Assembly (NCBI GenBank): GCA_963771465.1
Contig: CAVYTU010000017.1
Coordinates: 768,001-832,000 of the forward strand
Reading direction: 5' to 3'
DNA length: 64,000 bases
Source: an uncultured delta proteobacterium
GTDB lineage: Bacteria; Desulfobacterota; Binatia; UBA9968
Position 1 is the stretch's first letter. Every line of letters starts with the position of its first letter. A model generated the notes under the pieces. It was not told the DNA's origin, did no database searches, and saw only the letters and a list, made by a program, of their open reading frames with translations. Positions 31,210 to 39,966 of the stretch are shown here, piece after piece. The position numbers and the translations under genes were made by a program.

Positions 31210-31284
31210 ATGAATAATATTATTTACATCGTCGGTCTTGTAGTAGTAGTGCTTTTTGTCGCCGGTTATCTGGGACTGAGATAG
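31210..31284 (+). CDS. 24-aa single-TM membrane peptide, copy A
   Basis: RBS AAAGGAG; MNNIIYIVGLVVVVLFVAGYLGLR*; paralog at 47850. Confidence 0.8.
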   Translation: MNNIIYIVGLVVVVLFVAGYLGLR

Positions 31285-31379
31285 TTCGGAGCGTGCTCGG
31301 TACTACTTGCGACCAAGCTTTCCGGCCGGCCGCACGAAGTGAACAGAGAAATGTTTTATCCCATACGTCACCTGCTCAC

Positions 31380-31502
31380 TCGACCCTTCGTGGAGCGTTT
31401 CGACGTTCAATCGAGCCGTTTCTTCGTTTCCGTTAGGAAGCCTCCGGAACTTATTGGAAACGCAGGCTTTCCCTTGTTACGAAGTCCGGCAACTGATAGT
31501 GC
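31380..31502 (+). promoter_or_regulatory. Regulon promoter P5 (degenerate or miscalled)
   Basis: TCGACC-CTT-CGTGGA (31380), TCGACG-TTC-AATCGA (31400), CGGCAACTGATAGTGC (31487; one base too long). Confidence 0.5.
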
Positions 31503-31680
31503 GCACATATTTGATGGGGCAAAAAGCCCTGCGCAGGGGCTGGCCTCATGATTTTTCTTTTCGCTTCGGTCTCTTTTTAGACAGCAATCTCTCAATTGTC
31601 AGGGTATCGGTAAAGACAACTAAGGCGTGGGGGCTGCACCAGACTTGACCCTACTAATCAGTCACAACCACGGAGTTAAA

Positions 31681-31908
31681 ATGAAAAAGTTAATGTTGGT
31701 GTTAGTGCTTTTGATCGGTGTCAGTCAAAGCGGTTGCGCGTTCCTCGGCGGAGCGGCGGTAGGCGGCCTAGCAACCGGAGCAGGCTACGAAATCAATGCT
31801 CATAGCCAGATGAACAAACTCGACGATGATTACAAAGCCGAGAGAATATCGCGCGCCGAATACCAAGCCCGGAAATCGCAGATCGAGAAGGGCTCAATTA
31901 TTTACTAG
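31681..31908 (+). CDS. Small glycine-rich lipoprotein, copy C
   Basis: MKKLMLVLVLLIGVSQSGCAFLGGAAVGGLATGAGYE...KSQIEKGSIIY. Confidence 0.85.
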   Translation: MKKLMLVLVLLIGVSQSGCAFLGGAAVGGLATGAGYEINAHSQMNKLDDDYKAERISRAEYQARKSQIEKGSIIY

Positions 31909-31914
31909 GAGGTT

Positions 31915-32553
31915 ATGATGAACTTATTCAATCGTGCGGCAGCGAGTTTAACTTTCGCCATGGCATTGACGCTAAGCGCTGGGTGCATGGAGAACATCGC
32001 ACTCGTAGGCCGACCGAGTCTCGAAGAGGGCCGAGAGGACATCGTAGGGGAGGTAGCGCGTCTGGATACGTCATCTCGGCAAATCTATTTACGGGCGACC
32101 GAGAGTCGCACCCGGGTGGTCGGTTATAGCGCCAACGCCCAAGTAGTCTATCGCGGCCGCGATTATGCAGTCAGCCAATTAGAGCCTGGCGACCTGGTTG
32201 CCATGCAAGTAAATCAGGACTCTCGCGGCAACTACCATACGGATCTGATCCGCGTCCAAGAAAGCAGCCGAGATCGTAATCAGAGTCGGCGCGGTGATGC
32301 CAGTCCAGACTCCAGGATGCTAACGCTCGATGGGCGGGTGGAGCAGCTGGACTTTCAGCGCAGATCCTTCGAAATACGCGATCAGTCCAGAGAGCGGGTC
32401 ATCGTTTCTCTTGCGTCCAACGCTGAGAGATCGGATGTGGATCGTTTCCGGAACCTTCGGGATGGCGATTACGTTCGAGTCGAAGGCAGATTTCTCGATC
32501 GGCAACGATTTGAGCTGGCTACTTTCCTGCGTGACAATCGCGATAACCGATAA
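31915..32553 (+). CDS. Lipoprotein with two OB-fold-like (DUF5666-like) repeats
   Basis: LSAGC lipobox; GEVARLD...QLEPGDLVAM and GRVEQLD...LRDGDYVRVEG repeats. Confidence 0.65.
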   Translation: MMNLFNRAAASLTFAMALTLSAGCMENIALVGRPSLEEGREDIVGEVARLDTSSRQIYLRATESRTRVVGYSANAQVVYRGRDYAVSQLEPGDLVAMQVNQDSRGNYHTDLIRVQESSRDRNQSRRGDASPDSRMLTLDGRVEQLDFQRRSFEIRDQSRERVIVSLASNAERSDVDRFRNLRDGDYVRVEGRFLDRQRFELATFLRDNRDNR

Positions 32554-32625
32554 CGGAGCAATGCAATAGAGCGAAAAAGTGGGTCGGAATTATTACGTTT
32601 CAAAAACAAGCGGTGGAGGTGATTC

Positions 32626-32937
32626 ATGTTACGGACATTCAAAAGACTGACGGTGACGCTGGCGGTTTTGTTCCTCTTAAACGGCTGCCAAGCAATGACG
32701 GGCGAAACCGCGGGACAGAACCTCGATGATGGAGTTCTGACGACCTCCGTCAAGAGCCACCTCGCATCAGACAAACTTGTCACCCTGACTCGTGTAGGCG
32801 TCGAGACCGACAACAGCATTGTGCACCTTACTGGCGAGGTTGAGACTACCGAACAGAAGGCGCGCATTGGATCGCTTGCCTCTGAGGTCAAAGGCGTCAA
32901 ACGGGTCGTCAACAACCTGCAAGTCATCAAGCGTTAG
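32626..32937 (+). CDS. BON-domain lipoprotein (OsmY-like)
   Basis: LNGC lipobox; DDGVLTTSVKSHL...VETDNSIVHLTGEV...VKGVKRVVNNLQV. Confidence 0.9.
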   Translation: MLRTFKRLTVTLAVLFLLNGCQAMTGETAGQNLDDGVLTTSVKSHLASDKLVTLTRVGVETDNSIVHLTGEVETTEQKARIGSLASEVKGVKRVVNNLQVIKR

Positions 32938-32982
32938 GGCTGACTGTGCCAACCCGAGAGGATTCAATTAAAGGAGAAACCT

Positions 32983-33285
32983 ATGACAACCAATGGCGAA
33001 TCCAAATCTTCAAACTTACTTATCGGCCTGGCGCTGGGAGCGATCGGCGGCCTAGTGGCCGCGATGCTCGCTCATAGAGAGACCCGCGAGGCATTGCGTG
33101 AACGCAGCGCTAAAAGCTTGGACTACCTGAATCAGCAGGCCGGCAAGCTGCGCGAGGGTGCCGACGTAATCGTGCAGCAGGGAAAGAAGCTCATAGCGGG
33201 CAACGGCGCGGACATCGTCGATCGGTCTACGGAAGCTAGTAAGCAAGCGTATCAAGAAACCAAGCGAGAAAATTTGGGCGGCTAA
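32983..33285 (+). CDS. YtxH-like small membrane-anchored protein
   Basis: LLIGLALGAIGGLVAAML...ETREALRE then amphipathic helix. Confidence 0.7.
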   Translation: MTTNGESKSSNLLIGLALGAIGGLVAAMLAHRETREALRERSAKSLDYLNQQAGKLREGADVIVQQGKKLIAGNGADIVDRSTEASKQAYQETKRENLGG

Positions 33286-33324
33286 GCTATCCGCCGGCTT
33301 TTCGAGAAGAATGGGAATGGAAAA

Positions 33325-33498
33325 ATGCTTTGGGTCATCTTTGCGATCCTGTTGGGTGTGGGCGTAGCGGGCTTTCTCACATCCTCCACGCTCGCTGGCG
33401 GGGTTTTCCAATTGTTATTGATTAGCGCTCTGGTGGCGCTCGGGATCAATCGCATTCGTGCGGTATCGAGTCGTATTCGGCGCTATCAGGTGGATTAG
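33325..33498 (+). CDS. lmo0937/DUF5670-like small membrane protein
   Basis: MLWVIFAILLGVGVAGFLTSSTLAGGVFQLLLISALVALGINRI; not in ORF track. Confidence 0.6.
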   Translation: MLWVIFAILLGVGVAGFLTSSTLAGGVFQLLLISALVALGINRIRAVSSRIRRYQVD

Positions 33499-33531
33499 AC
33501 ATTTCGACTTAAAAACGAAGGAACAAATACG

Positions 33532-33757
33532 ATGCGTATGAATCCGATAACGCTGGTTGGGATCGTTCTGATCGTACTCGGAATAGTGGCGTTTGCTTAC
33601 CAGGGCATCACTTACACAAGCCGCGAGACGGTGATCGATATTGGCCCGATCAAGGCCACCGCCGACACCCAGAAAACCATCCCGCTCCCGCCGCATCTTG
33701 GGCGGATTGATGTTTGTCGGTGGGATCGCTTTGGTCGTGGTCGGAAACCGGAAATAG
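33532..33757 (+). CDS. Small two-TM membrane protein (DUF3185-like; +1 frameshift near 33694)
   Basis: LVGIVLIVLGIVAFAYQGITYTSRETVIDIGPIKATADTQKTIPLPP continues as ILGGLMFVGGIALVVVGNRK* after removing one C. Confidence 0.7.
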
Positions 33758-33955
33758 TCTTAGTGCCGGAGGGTCGCCTGCAATGGACAAGCTCGTAGCC
33801 GAAGCGACGTGGATCGATTTACAGAAGATTGGCTCGAGGGAATTGACCTAGTGAGCTTGCTTTCGATGCTGGCGATCGTGTTCGTCGCGACTTGTTGGGT
33901 CTATTTATGATCTGGGCGACGAATCTGATCGTAGGCTTCTCAGGTGGGAGGAATC

Positions 33956-35176
33956 ATGAACCACGGAACCATGGCTGGAAAGTTTCGTCAAATCGCGTTC
34001 CTCGGCAATCACTTACCGCGCCAGTGCGGCATCGCTACGTTCACCACCGATCTCAGCGGAGCGATCGCTGCGGAGTTTCCGACTGCCGATTGCTTAGTGG
34101 TTGCGATGAACGATGCCGGCAAACAGTATGCGTATCCACCGCGGGTGCGCTTCGAAGTCCCAGAGAATGATCTCGCGTCGTACCGCGTCGCAGCCGATTT
34201 TTTGAACGCTAAAAAGATCGATGTCGTATCCGTGCAGCACGAGTACGGCATCTTTGGCGGCAAGGCGGGTAGTTACCTGCTCACGCTCCTACGTAAACTG
34301 CGCATGCCGATCGTGACCACCCTTCACACCGTCCTCGGCAGGCCAGATTCCCAGCAGCGTCGAGCGATGAATGAGATCGCCCAACTTTCGCGCCGGCTCG
34401 TCGTCATGAGCGCCCACGGCGCCGCTCTGCTCCATCATGTTCACGGCGTGCCCGAGCATAAAATCGATATCATCCCCCACGGAATTCCGAGTGTGCCGGT
34501 CGACGGCCGGAGCAAGCATGAACTCGGGATCGAAGGCAAGTCGGTAATTCTTACATTCGGACTGTTATCGCCGGACAAAGGCATCGAACATGTCATCGAC
34601 GCGCTGCCGGCGATTCTTGAACGTGCCCCGGACACGGTTTACGTCGTGCTCGGTGCAACCCATCCACATATCAAAGAGCGTGACGGCGAGAGCTACCGTG
34701 AAAGCCTCGAGCTACGGGCGCAAAGACTCGGCATAGAATCTAGCGTAATCTTCCACAATCGTTTCGTGAGCCGCGGCGAACTCGTCAAGTTTCTCTCCGC
34801 CGCAGATATCTATGTAACGCCGTACCTCAACCCGGAGCAAAGCACGTCCGGGACGCTAGCCTATGCGGTGGGCTCCGGCAAAGCCGTTATCTCCACGCCT
34901 TATCTTTATGCGCGCGAACTCCTCGCTGACGGGCGCGGCATACTCGTGCCGTGGAGAGACTCGCAGACCATCGCATGCGCGGTGGTGGATCTCCTAAGTG
35001 ACGATGCAAAACGATTGGCTCTCTGCGCCCGTGCGGCCGCGCACGGCCGCGGTATGGTCTGGCCCGCGGTGGCGCGCCGCTACCTGCGGAGCTTCGACCG
35101 GGCATGTAGTCGAGATCAATCAGTGGTTCGGATTAGCCAAGGACTCGACGTTCATGCTCGCCGGGTCTCGACTTAA
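33956..35176 (+). CDS. Glycosyltransferase family 4 protein
   Basis: PRQCGIATFT, QHEYGIFGG, FGLLSPDKG, SGTLAYAVGSGKAVISTPY. Confidence 0.92.
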   Translation: MNHGTMAGKFRQIAFLGNHLPRQCGIATFTTDLSGAIAAEFPTADCLVVAMNDAGKQYAYPPRVRFEVPENDLASYRVAADFLNAKKIDVVSVQHEYGIFGGKAGSYLLTLLRKLRMPIVTTLHTVLGRPDSQQRRAMNEIAQLSRRLVVMSAHGAALLHHVHGVPEHKIDIIPHGIPSVPVDGRSKHELGIEGKSVILTFGLLSPDKGIEHVIDALPAILERAPDTVYVVLGATHPHIKERDGESYRESLELRAQRLGIESSVIFHNRFVSRGELVKFLSAADIYVTPYLNPEQSTSGTLAYAVGSGKAVISTPYLYARELLADGRGILVPWRDSQTIACAVVDLLSDDAKRLALCARAAAHGRGMVWPAVARRYLRSFDRACSRDQSVVRISQGLDVHARRVST

Positions 35177-35218
35177 AAAACCTCGCGCGGCGCGAAAATT
35201 CAAAAGGAGGTTCACTCC

Positions 35219-35872
35219 ATGAACAAACTCTCGATTTACCAAACTGCTCATACAAAATATCCGTATACTCTGCCGCCGCTCGCCTATGCGTATGATGCGC
35301 TCGAGCCGCATATCGACGCACAAACGATGCATTTGCACCATGACAAGCATCATCAGGCTTATATCGATCATGCCAACGACGCGGTCGGCAAATATCCCGA
35401 GCTGCAGAAAACCGACCTAGTCACTCTATTGGCTCATCTTGATGAGTTGCCCGATGAGATCAGGACGCCACTGCAAGGCAACGGCGGCGGTCACCTAAAT
35501 CACGCGTTATTCTGGGAATACATGACGCCAAGGGGCGGCGGTGAGCCCCAGGGCAAGCTGGCACAAGCGATTACAAAGACGTTTGGCGGATTCGCTCAAT
35601 TTAAAGAAGAGTTTGATGCTGCTGCCAAAAATCGCTCGGGGAGCGGATGGGCGTGGCTATCTGTGGCATCTACGGGTGACTTGGAGACAAGCTCAACGGC
35701 GAACCAGGAAACTCCAATCTCAAACGGCCGGCTGCCAATTTTAGCTCTCGATGTTTGGGAACACGCGTATTATCTCAAGTACCACAACCAGCGACCCGAA
35801 TACATTACCCATTGGTGGCAGTTGGTGAACTGGAAGAAGGTCCAGGAACAGTTCGACCACATTACAGCTTAA
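35219..35872 (+). CDS. sodA: Superoxide dismutase (Mn-type signature)
   Basis: LPPLAYAYDALEPHID, HHDKHH, NGGGHLNH, DVWEHAYY. Confidence 0.95.
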   Translation: MNKLSIYQTAHTKYPYTLPPLAYAYDALEPHIDAQTMHLHHDKHHQAYIDHANDAVGKYPELQKTDLVTLLAHLDELPDEIRTPLQGNGGGHLNHALFWEYMTPRGGGEPQGKLAQAITKTFGGFAQFKEEFDAAAKNRSGSGWAWLSVASTGDLETSSTANQETPISNGRLPILALDVWEHAYYLKYHNQRPEYITHWWQLVNWKKVQEQFDHITA

Positions 35873-36112
35873 TCGAGTCGCAAAAGGACGATCAGCGAGT
35901 GCGCTTTTGAATATGGCACTGATACCAGAGAAGCCAATGATCTCGCCCGTTTGGCGCAATTCTTTTCGCGCGCTGTATCCGAATGAAAAGTACGACGTCT
36001 AACAAGGTGTATCATATACGTAGCGACGGCATCGAGGTCTAGCCAACTGTAGGAATAATCATTATCGCGCTAAATCTCAAATTTACGTGTCGGAGCGACC
36101 ACTAGGAATAGA

Positions 36113-37236
36113 ATGAAAAATAAAATGTTTGATCGGATAGCGATGGCGCTAGTCATCGGCACGCTGGCGGTTTCGGGGATCGGCATGGCGGCCGAGAGAG
36201 AGCGAGACCCTCAGGACGATCTCGACCGAAAGCGCGATAGGAATGAAAAGCAGCAAGAACGGGAGCAAAAAAAATCAGCGCAGGACGAAAAGCAAGAGCA
36301 AAAGCGCGCTGAGCAAAAACAGAAGCAGGAAGAGCAAAAACAGAAACAAGTCCAGCAGCAGCAAGAGCGCGTGCAGCGCAAAGTAGAGCAAGAACAGAAG
36401 CAAGAGCAACATCGCGCTGAGCAAAAACAGCACCAGCTGGAGCAAAAGCAGAAACAAGACCAGCAGCAGCGTGAACGCGCGCAGCGGGAATCAGAGCAGA
36501 ACCAGAAGGAATTTCGCGCGCGCCAACAGCAGCAGCAAGAGCGGGTCGAGCGCCAATCCGAACAAATCCAGGAACAGCGGCGCGCTCAGAACAGCAGCGG
36601 CAAGACCAAGTACAGCAAGAGAGACAACGCCAGCGTTTGTCCGAGCAGCAGCAACGACAGCGGATTAACGAGCAGCGAGAACGTGTGGCGCAGTACCGAC
36701 AACATCTGGAACAGCAGGAGCGTCTCGCCCAAGAGCGCGCGGCATTGCTACAGCGCCAAAAGCGCATGGCGCAGTATCGTTTTCAAGAACAGTATCTAGA
36801 GCGAGTGCGGCAGCAGCGGAACTATCTCCGGGACGATCGGTTCGACTACGATCGCGACCCGTATTTCTATACGGCGCCGAGCTATCGGTACAATCGCGGC
36901 GGCACGTACTACGAAACAAACGAATACGGCGCCAAGACGCTACGGCAGGCGGTCAACTATGGCTATGAGGAAGGCTTCCGCGCCGGCAAGGCAGACCGGG
37001 ACGACCGTTGGGGCTCCAATTACAAAGATTCTTATGCCTATCGGGACGCGAACTACGGCTATAGTGGCTATTACGTAAATCGGACTGATTACAACCACTA
37101 CTTCCGCGAGGGCTTTCGACGCGGTTATGAAGATGGCTACAATAGCCGCTATCGATATGGTCGCGAAGCTGACGGAAACGATTCCATCTTGGAGACCATT
37201 TTGTCGCAAATCCTCAATTTCCAGAATCTTCGCTAA
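36113..37236 (+). CDS. Exported Q/E/K/R-rich coiled-coil protein with Y/G-rich C-terminal domain (frameshift near 36590)
   Basis: Signal peptide; ORFs 36113..36799 and 36637..37236 join into a continuous EQQQR-rich protein. Confidence 0.7.
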
Positions 37237-37261
37237 CGCGCGCTCCGTGCGTCCGTTCAAC

Positions 37262-37300
37262 CAACGCCCAGCCATTTACGAGTAAAGTGGCTGGGCGTTG
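37262..37300 (+). terminator. Stem-loop, probable terminator
   Basis: CAACGCCCAGCCA...TGGCTGGGCGTTG perfect 13-bp inverted repeat just after the stop codon; no long U-tract. Confidence 0.6.
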
Positions 37301-37488
37301 CTCATTGAAGGCTACACGATGGCCGTATTCCCGTGATAGGCAACTGTTACCAAGGATTTAGCCGTAACTAAGTGTCCCGGCGCGCCCAGTTGCATTCACC
37401 TGAAACTTCGATATGTCGACTCGCAATGTTTGCCGGTGACCAAACGGACTGGTTAGTCGTCAAGTTTCCAATGGATAAGTTAGACCCA

Positions 37489-38745
37489 ATGAAAAACACC
37501 AAACGCTGGTTTCTGGTTTTGTTCTTACTCGCGGGCTGCGCTAATCTAACAGCGATTAATGATTTGCCGAATGTTGTTTTCGGCGAACCATCATTTTATC
37601 CCACTCTCGCTGCACATACCGATGCCTCGATCATAAGTGGCAATCGAGTCCAGCTGCTGTTCAATGGCGAGCAGATATTTCCCGCGATGCTCGAAGCGAT
37701 CCGTGGCGCGCGCAAAAGCATTACTTACCAACAATACTTTTTCGAAGACGGCGCGATTGCCCATGAGATTGCCGAAGCCTTCGCCGAGCGCTGCCGCGCC
37801 GGCGTCCAGGTAAAAATATTGCTGGACTCCCTGGGCGGCGGCAATATTCCTAAAGAGATTCCAGAGCTCTGGAAAAACGCCGGTTGTCAGATGGACTGGT
37901 TCGAGCGCATCAAGGTATTTCAGTTCATCACGCCGTGGGAGCTATTAAATTATAATCATCGAAGTCATCGCCGGATTCTCGTGGTCGATGGAAAAATTGG
38001 TTTTACCGGCGGACACGGCGTGAGCGAAGCTTGGACTGGCAATGGCCGGACTGCGGAGCGTTGGCGACAAACCGATGTCCGGGTCGAAGGGCCGATTGTC
38101 CAGCAACTGCAAGCCGCCTTCGTCGAGAGTTGGCGGCGAACGACCGGCAACGTGCTTGGCGACGACGCCTATTTTCCAGCGCTCGATTCGCAGGGAAAAG
38201 TTTATGCGCAAGTAGTCAAAAGCTCGCCGTTGGGCGGCACCTTCGGCTCATACCTGCTATTCTTGCTGTCGATTACATCGGCGCAAAAGAGCATTCATAT
38301 CGCGAACCCCTATTTTTTCCCTGATGATAGGATCGAAGCGGCGCTGATTAATGCGGCGAAAAGGGGTGTGAAGGTAGTGGTCCTCACTCCGGCAAAAAGC
38401 GACATCGCAGCGACCTCTGCGGCCAGCCGTAGCGGCTTTGGCGATTTCTTGCTGGCTGGCGTTGAAATCTACGAATATCAGCCGGCTCTCATGCACGCTA
38501 AAGCCATGGTTGTGGATGGCGTGTGGGCGACCGTAGGCAGCGCGAACCTTGATTATCGTTCCCTCGCGATCAACGAAGAAATCAATCTGGTTGTTTACGA
38601 CGCCGGGTTTGCCGGGCAGCTCGAGCAATCTTTTCAGGACGATCTGAAGCATTCTAAAAAACTAACTTACGAAGCTTGGACTTCGCGTTCCTTTATGGAC
38701 AAACTTTTCGAACTGTTCACTATCCCGATAAAAGAACAGTTGTGA
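37489..38745 (+). CDS. Cardiolipin synthase-like phospholipase D family protein (lipoprotein signal)
   Basis: LLAGC lipobox, GNRVQLLFNGEQIFPAML, HRRILVVDG and HAKAMVVDG motifs, VGSANLD. Confidence 0.88.
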   Translation: MKNTKRWFLVLFLLAGCANLTAINDLPNVVFGEPSFYPTLAAHTDASIISGNRVQLLFNGEQIFPAMLEAIRGARKSITYQQYFFEDGAIAHEIAEAFAERCRAGVQVKILLDSLGGGNIPKEIPELWKNAGCQMDWFERIKVFQFITPWELLNYNHRSHRRILVVDGKIGFTGGHGVSEAWTGNGRTAERWRQTDVRVEGPIVQQLQAAFVESWRRTTGNVLGDDAYFPALDSQGKVYAQVVKSSPLGGTFGSYLLFLLSITSAQKSIHIANPYFFPDDRIEAALINAAKRGVKVVVLTPAKSDIAATSAASRSGFGDFLLAGVEIYEYQPALMHAKAMVVDGVWATVGSANLDYRSLAINEEINLVVYDAGFAGQLEQSFQDDLKHSKKLTYEAWTSRSFMDKLFELFTIPIKEQL

Positions 38746-38880
38746 GCCGCACCCCTTTTATTTACCATCTTTTCGGTATGGGATTCCGCGTGTACCGATA
38801 AATCGAACTTTCCCCAGCACTTTTCATAATGCTCTTCCTACCGTATTGAGTCAGTCGTTATTGTTTGGGCCTCCGGTCAA

Positions 38881-39005
38881 TCGACCTTTTGGTCGAGGGT
38901 ATCGACCGTTTCGCCGCGCCGTCTCGTAGTTGTCTTCGACCACTCTGAATAATCCCTAGCGATATTGGCTGTCTCCCTGATCCCGATCGCCGGCACGTAA
39001 GCTGC
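38881..39005 (+). promoter_or_regulatory. Regulon promoter P6: tandem UAS + sigma54 -24/-12
   Basis: TCGACC-TTTT-GGTCGA (38881), TCGACC-GTTT-CGCCGC (38902), CGGCACGTAAGCTGC (38991). Confidence 0.88.
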
Positions 39006-39049
39006 TCTCCTAGTCATTGGGAACAAAAATAGAAAGAAGGTACCTGACT

Positions 39050-39199
39050 ATGAGCCTGCTGTTGTTGATCGTATTAGTTTTATTGCTGGTCGGCGGTTTG
39101 CCTAACTGGGGTTATCACTCGTACGGCTTTGCGCCCTCGGGTGTCGCCGGAACGGTGCTGCTAGTCGTGGTCATTTTGCTTTTGACCGGCCGGCTTTAA
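39050..39199 (+). CDS. DUF3309-family small membrane protein, copy B
   Basis: Near-identical to 21449..21598. Confidence 0.85.
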   Translation: MSLLLLIVLVLLLVGGLPNWGYHSYGFAPSGVAGTVLLVVVILLLTGRL

Positions 39200-39320
39200 A
39201 GGGATCGAAAACATGGTCGTGCGGATCAGGGTATTACGGCGCAGGGTTCCTGAGGTTACTTGAAATTCTTCAAGTTAGCCTGACTCAACCCTGCTAATCA
39301 GTACAACCGAGGAGGTTGCG

Positions 39321-39548
39321 ATGAAAAAGTTAATGTTGGTGTTAGTGCTCTTGATCGGTGTCAGTCAAAGCGGTTGCGCGTTTTTAGGCGGAGCGGCGCT
39401 GGGCGGTCTCGCGACCGGAGCAGGCTACGAAGTCAACGCGAATAGCCAGATGGGCAAGTTGGAAAGCGATTACAAAGCCGAGAGAATCTCGCGCAGTGAA
39501 TACCTAGCCCGTAAATCGCAGATCGAAAAAGGCTCGATCATCTACTAG
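39321..39548 (+). CDS. Small glycine-rich lipoprotein, copy B
   Basis: SQSGC lipobox; paralog of 21707 and 31681. Confidence 0.85.
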   Translation: MKKLMLVLVLLIGVSQSGCAFLGGAALGGLATGAGYEVNANSQMGKLESDYKAERISRSEYLARKSQIEKGSIIY

Positions 39549-39555
39549 AGCGATT

Positions 39556-39951
39556 ATGAAACAAAGCAATCGAGCGGTAATGGTGTTCGCTCTGGGCTTG
39601 GTCTTGGTGGCGAGCGTGGGTTGTAGCGACCACAACGTTTCCCTGGTCGGCAGAGATACGCTTCCCGCCCGGGCCAGTAAAACGGTCCGTAACGAGATGG
39701 TGGGAACGGTGGCGCGGGTCGATGCCGGATCCAATGAGATTCATCTTCGAGCCAGTCCTGGTCATCCGGGAATGGTGACTTATAGCACGGAGACCCGGGT
39801 GACGTATCTTGGCCGGGCCTATCCGGTCAGCCAATTGCGATTAGGCGACGTCGTGGCGATGCAACTGGATCAAGACGCTCGTGGCAATCCTCATACGCAC
39901 GCGATCCGCCTTGAAAAGAGCACCGGTGATTGGGCTCTGCGTAACAATTAG
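39556..39951 (+). CDS. Lipoprotein, single-repeat paralog of 31915..32553
   Basis: SVGC lipobox; VGTVARVD...YPVSQLRLGDVVAMQLDQDARGN. Confidence 0.7.
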   Translation: MKQSNRAVMVFALGLVLVASVGCSDHNVSLVGRDTLPARASKTVRNEMVGTVARVDAGSNEIHLRASPGHPGMVTYSTETRVTYLGRAYPVSQLRLGDVVAMQLDQDARGNPHTHAIRLEKSTGDWALRNN

Positions 39952-39966
39952 CAAAGAACGTAGCCG

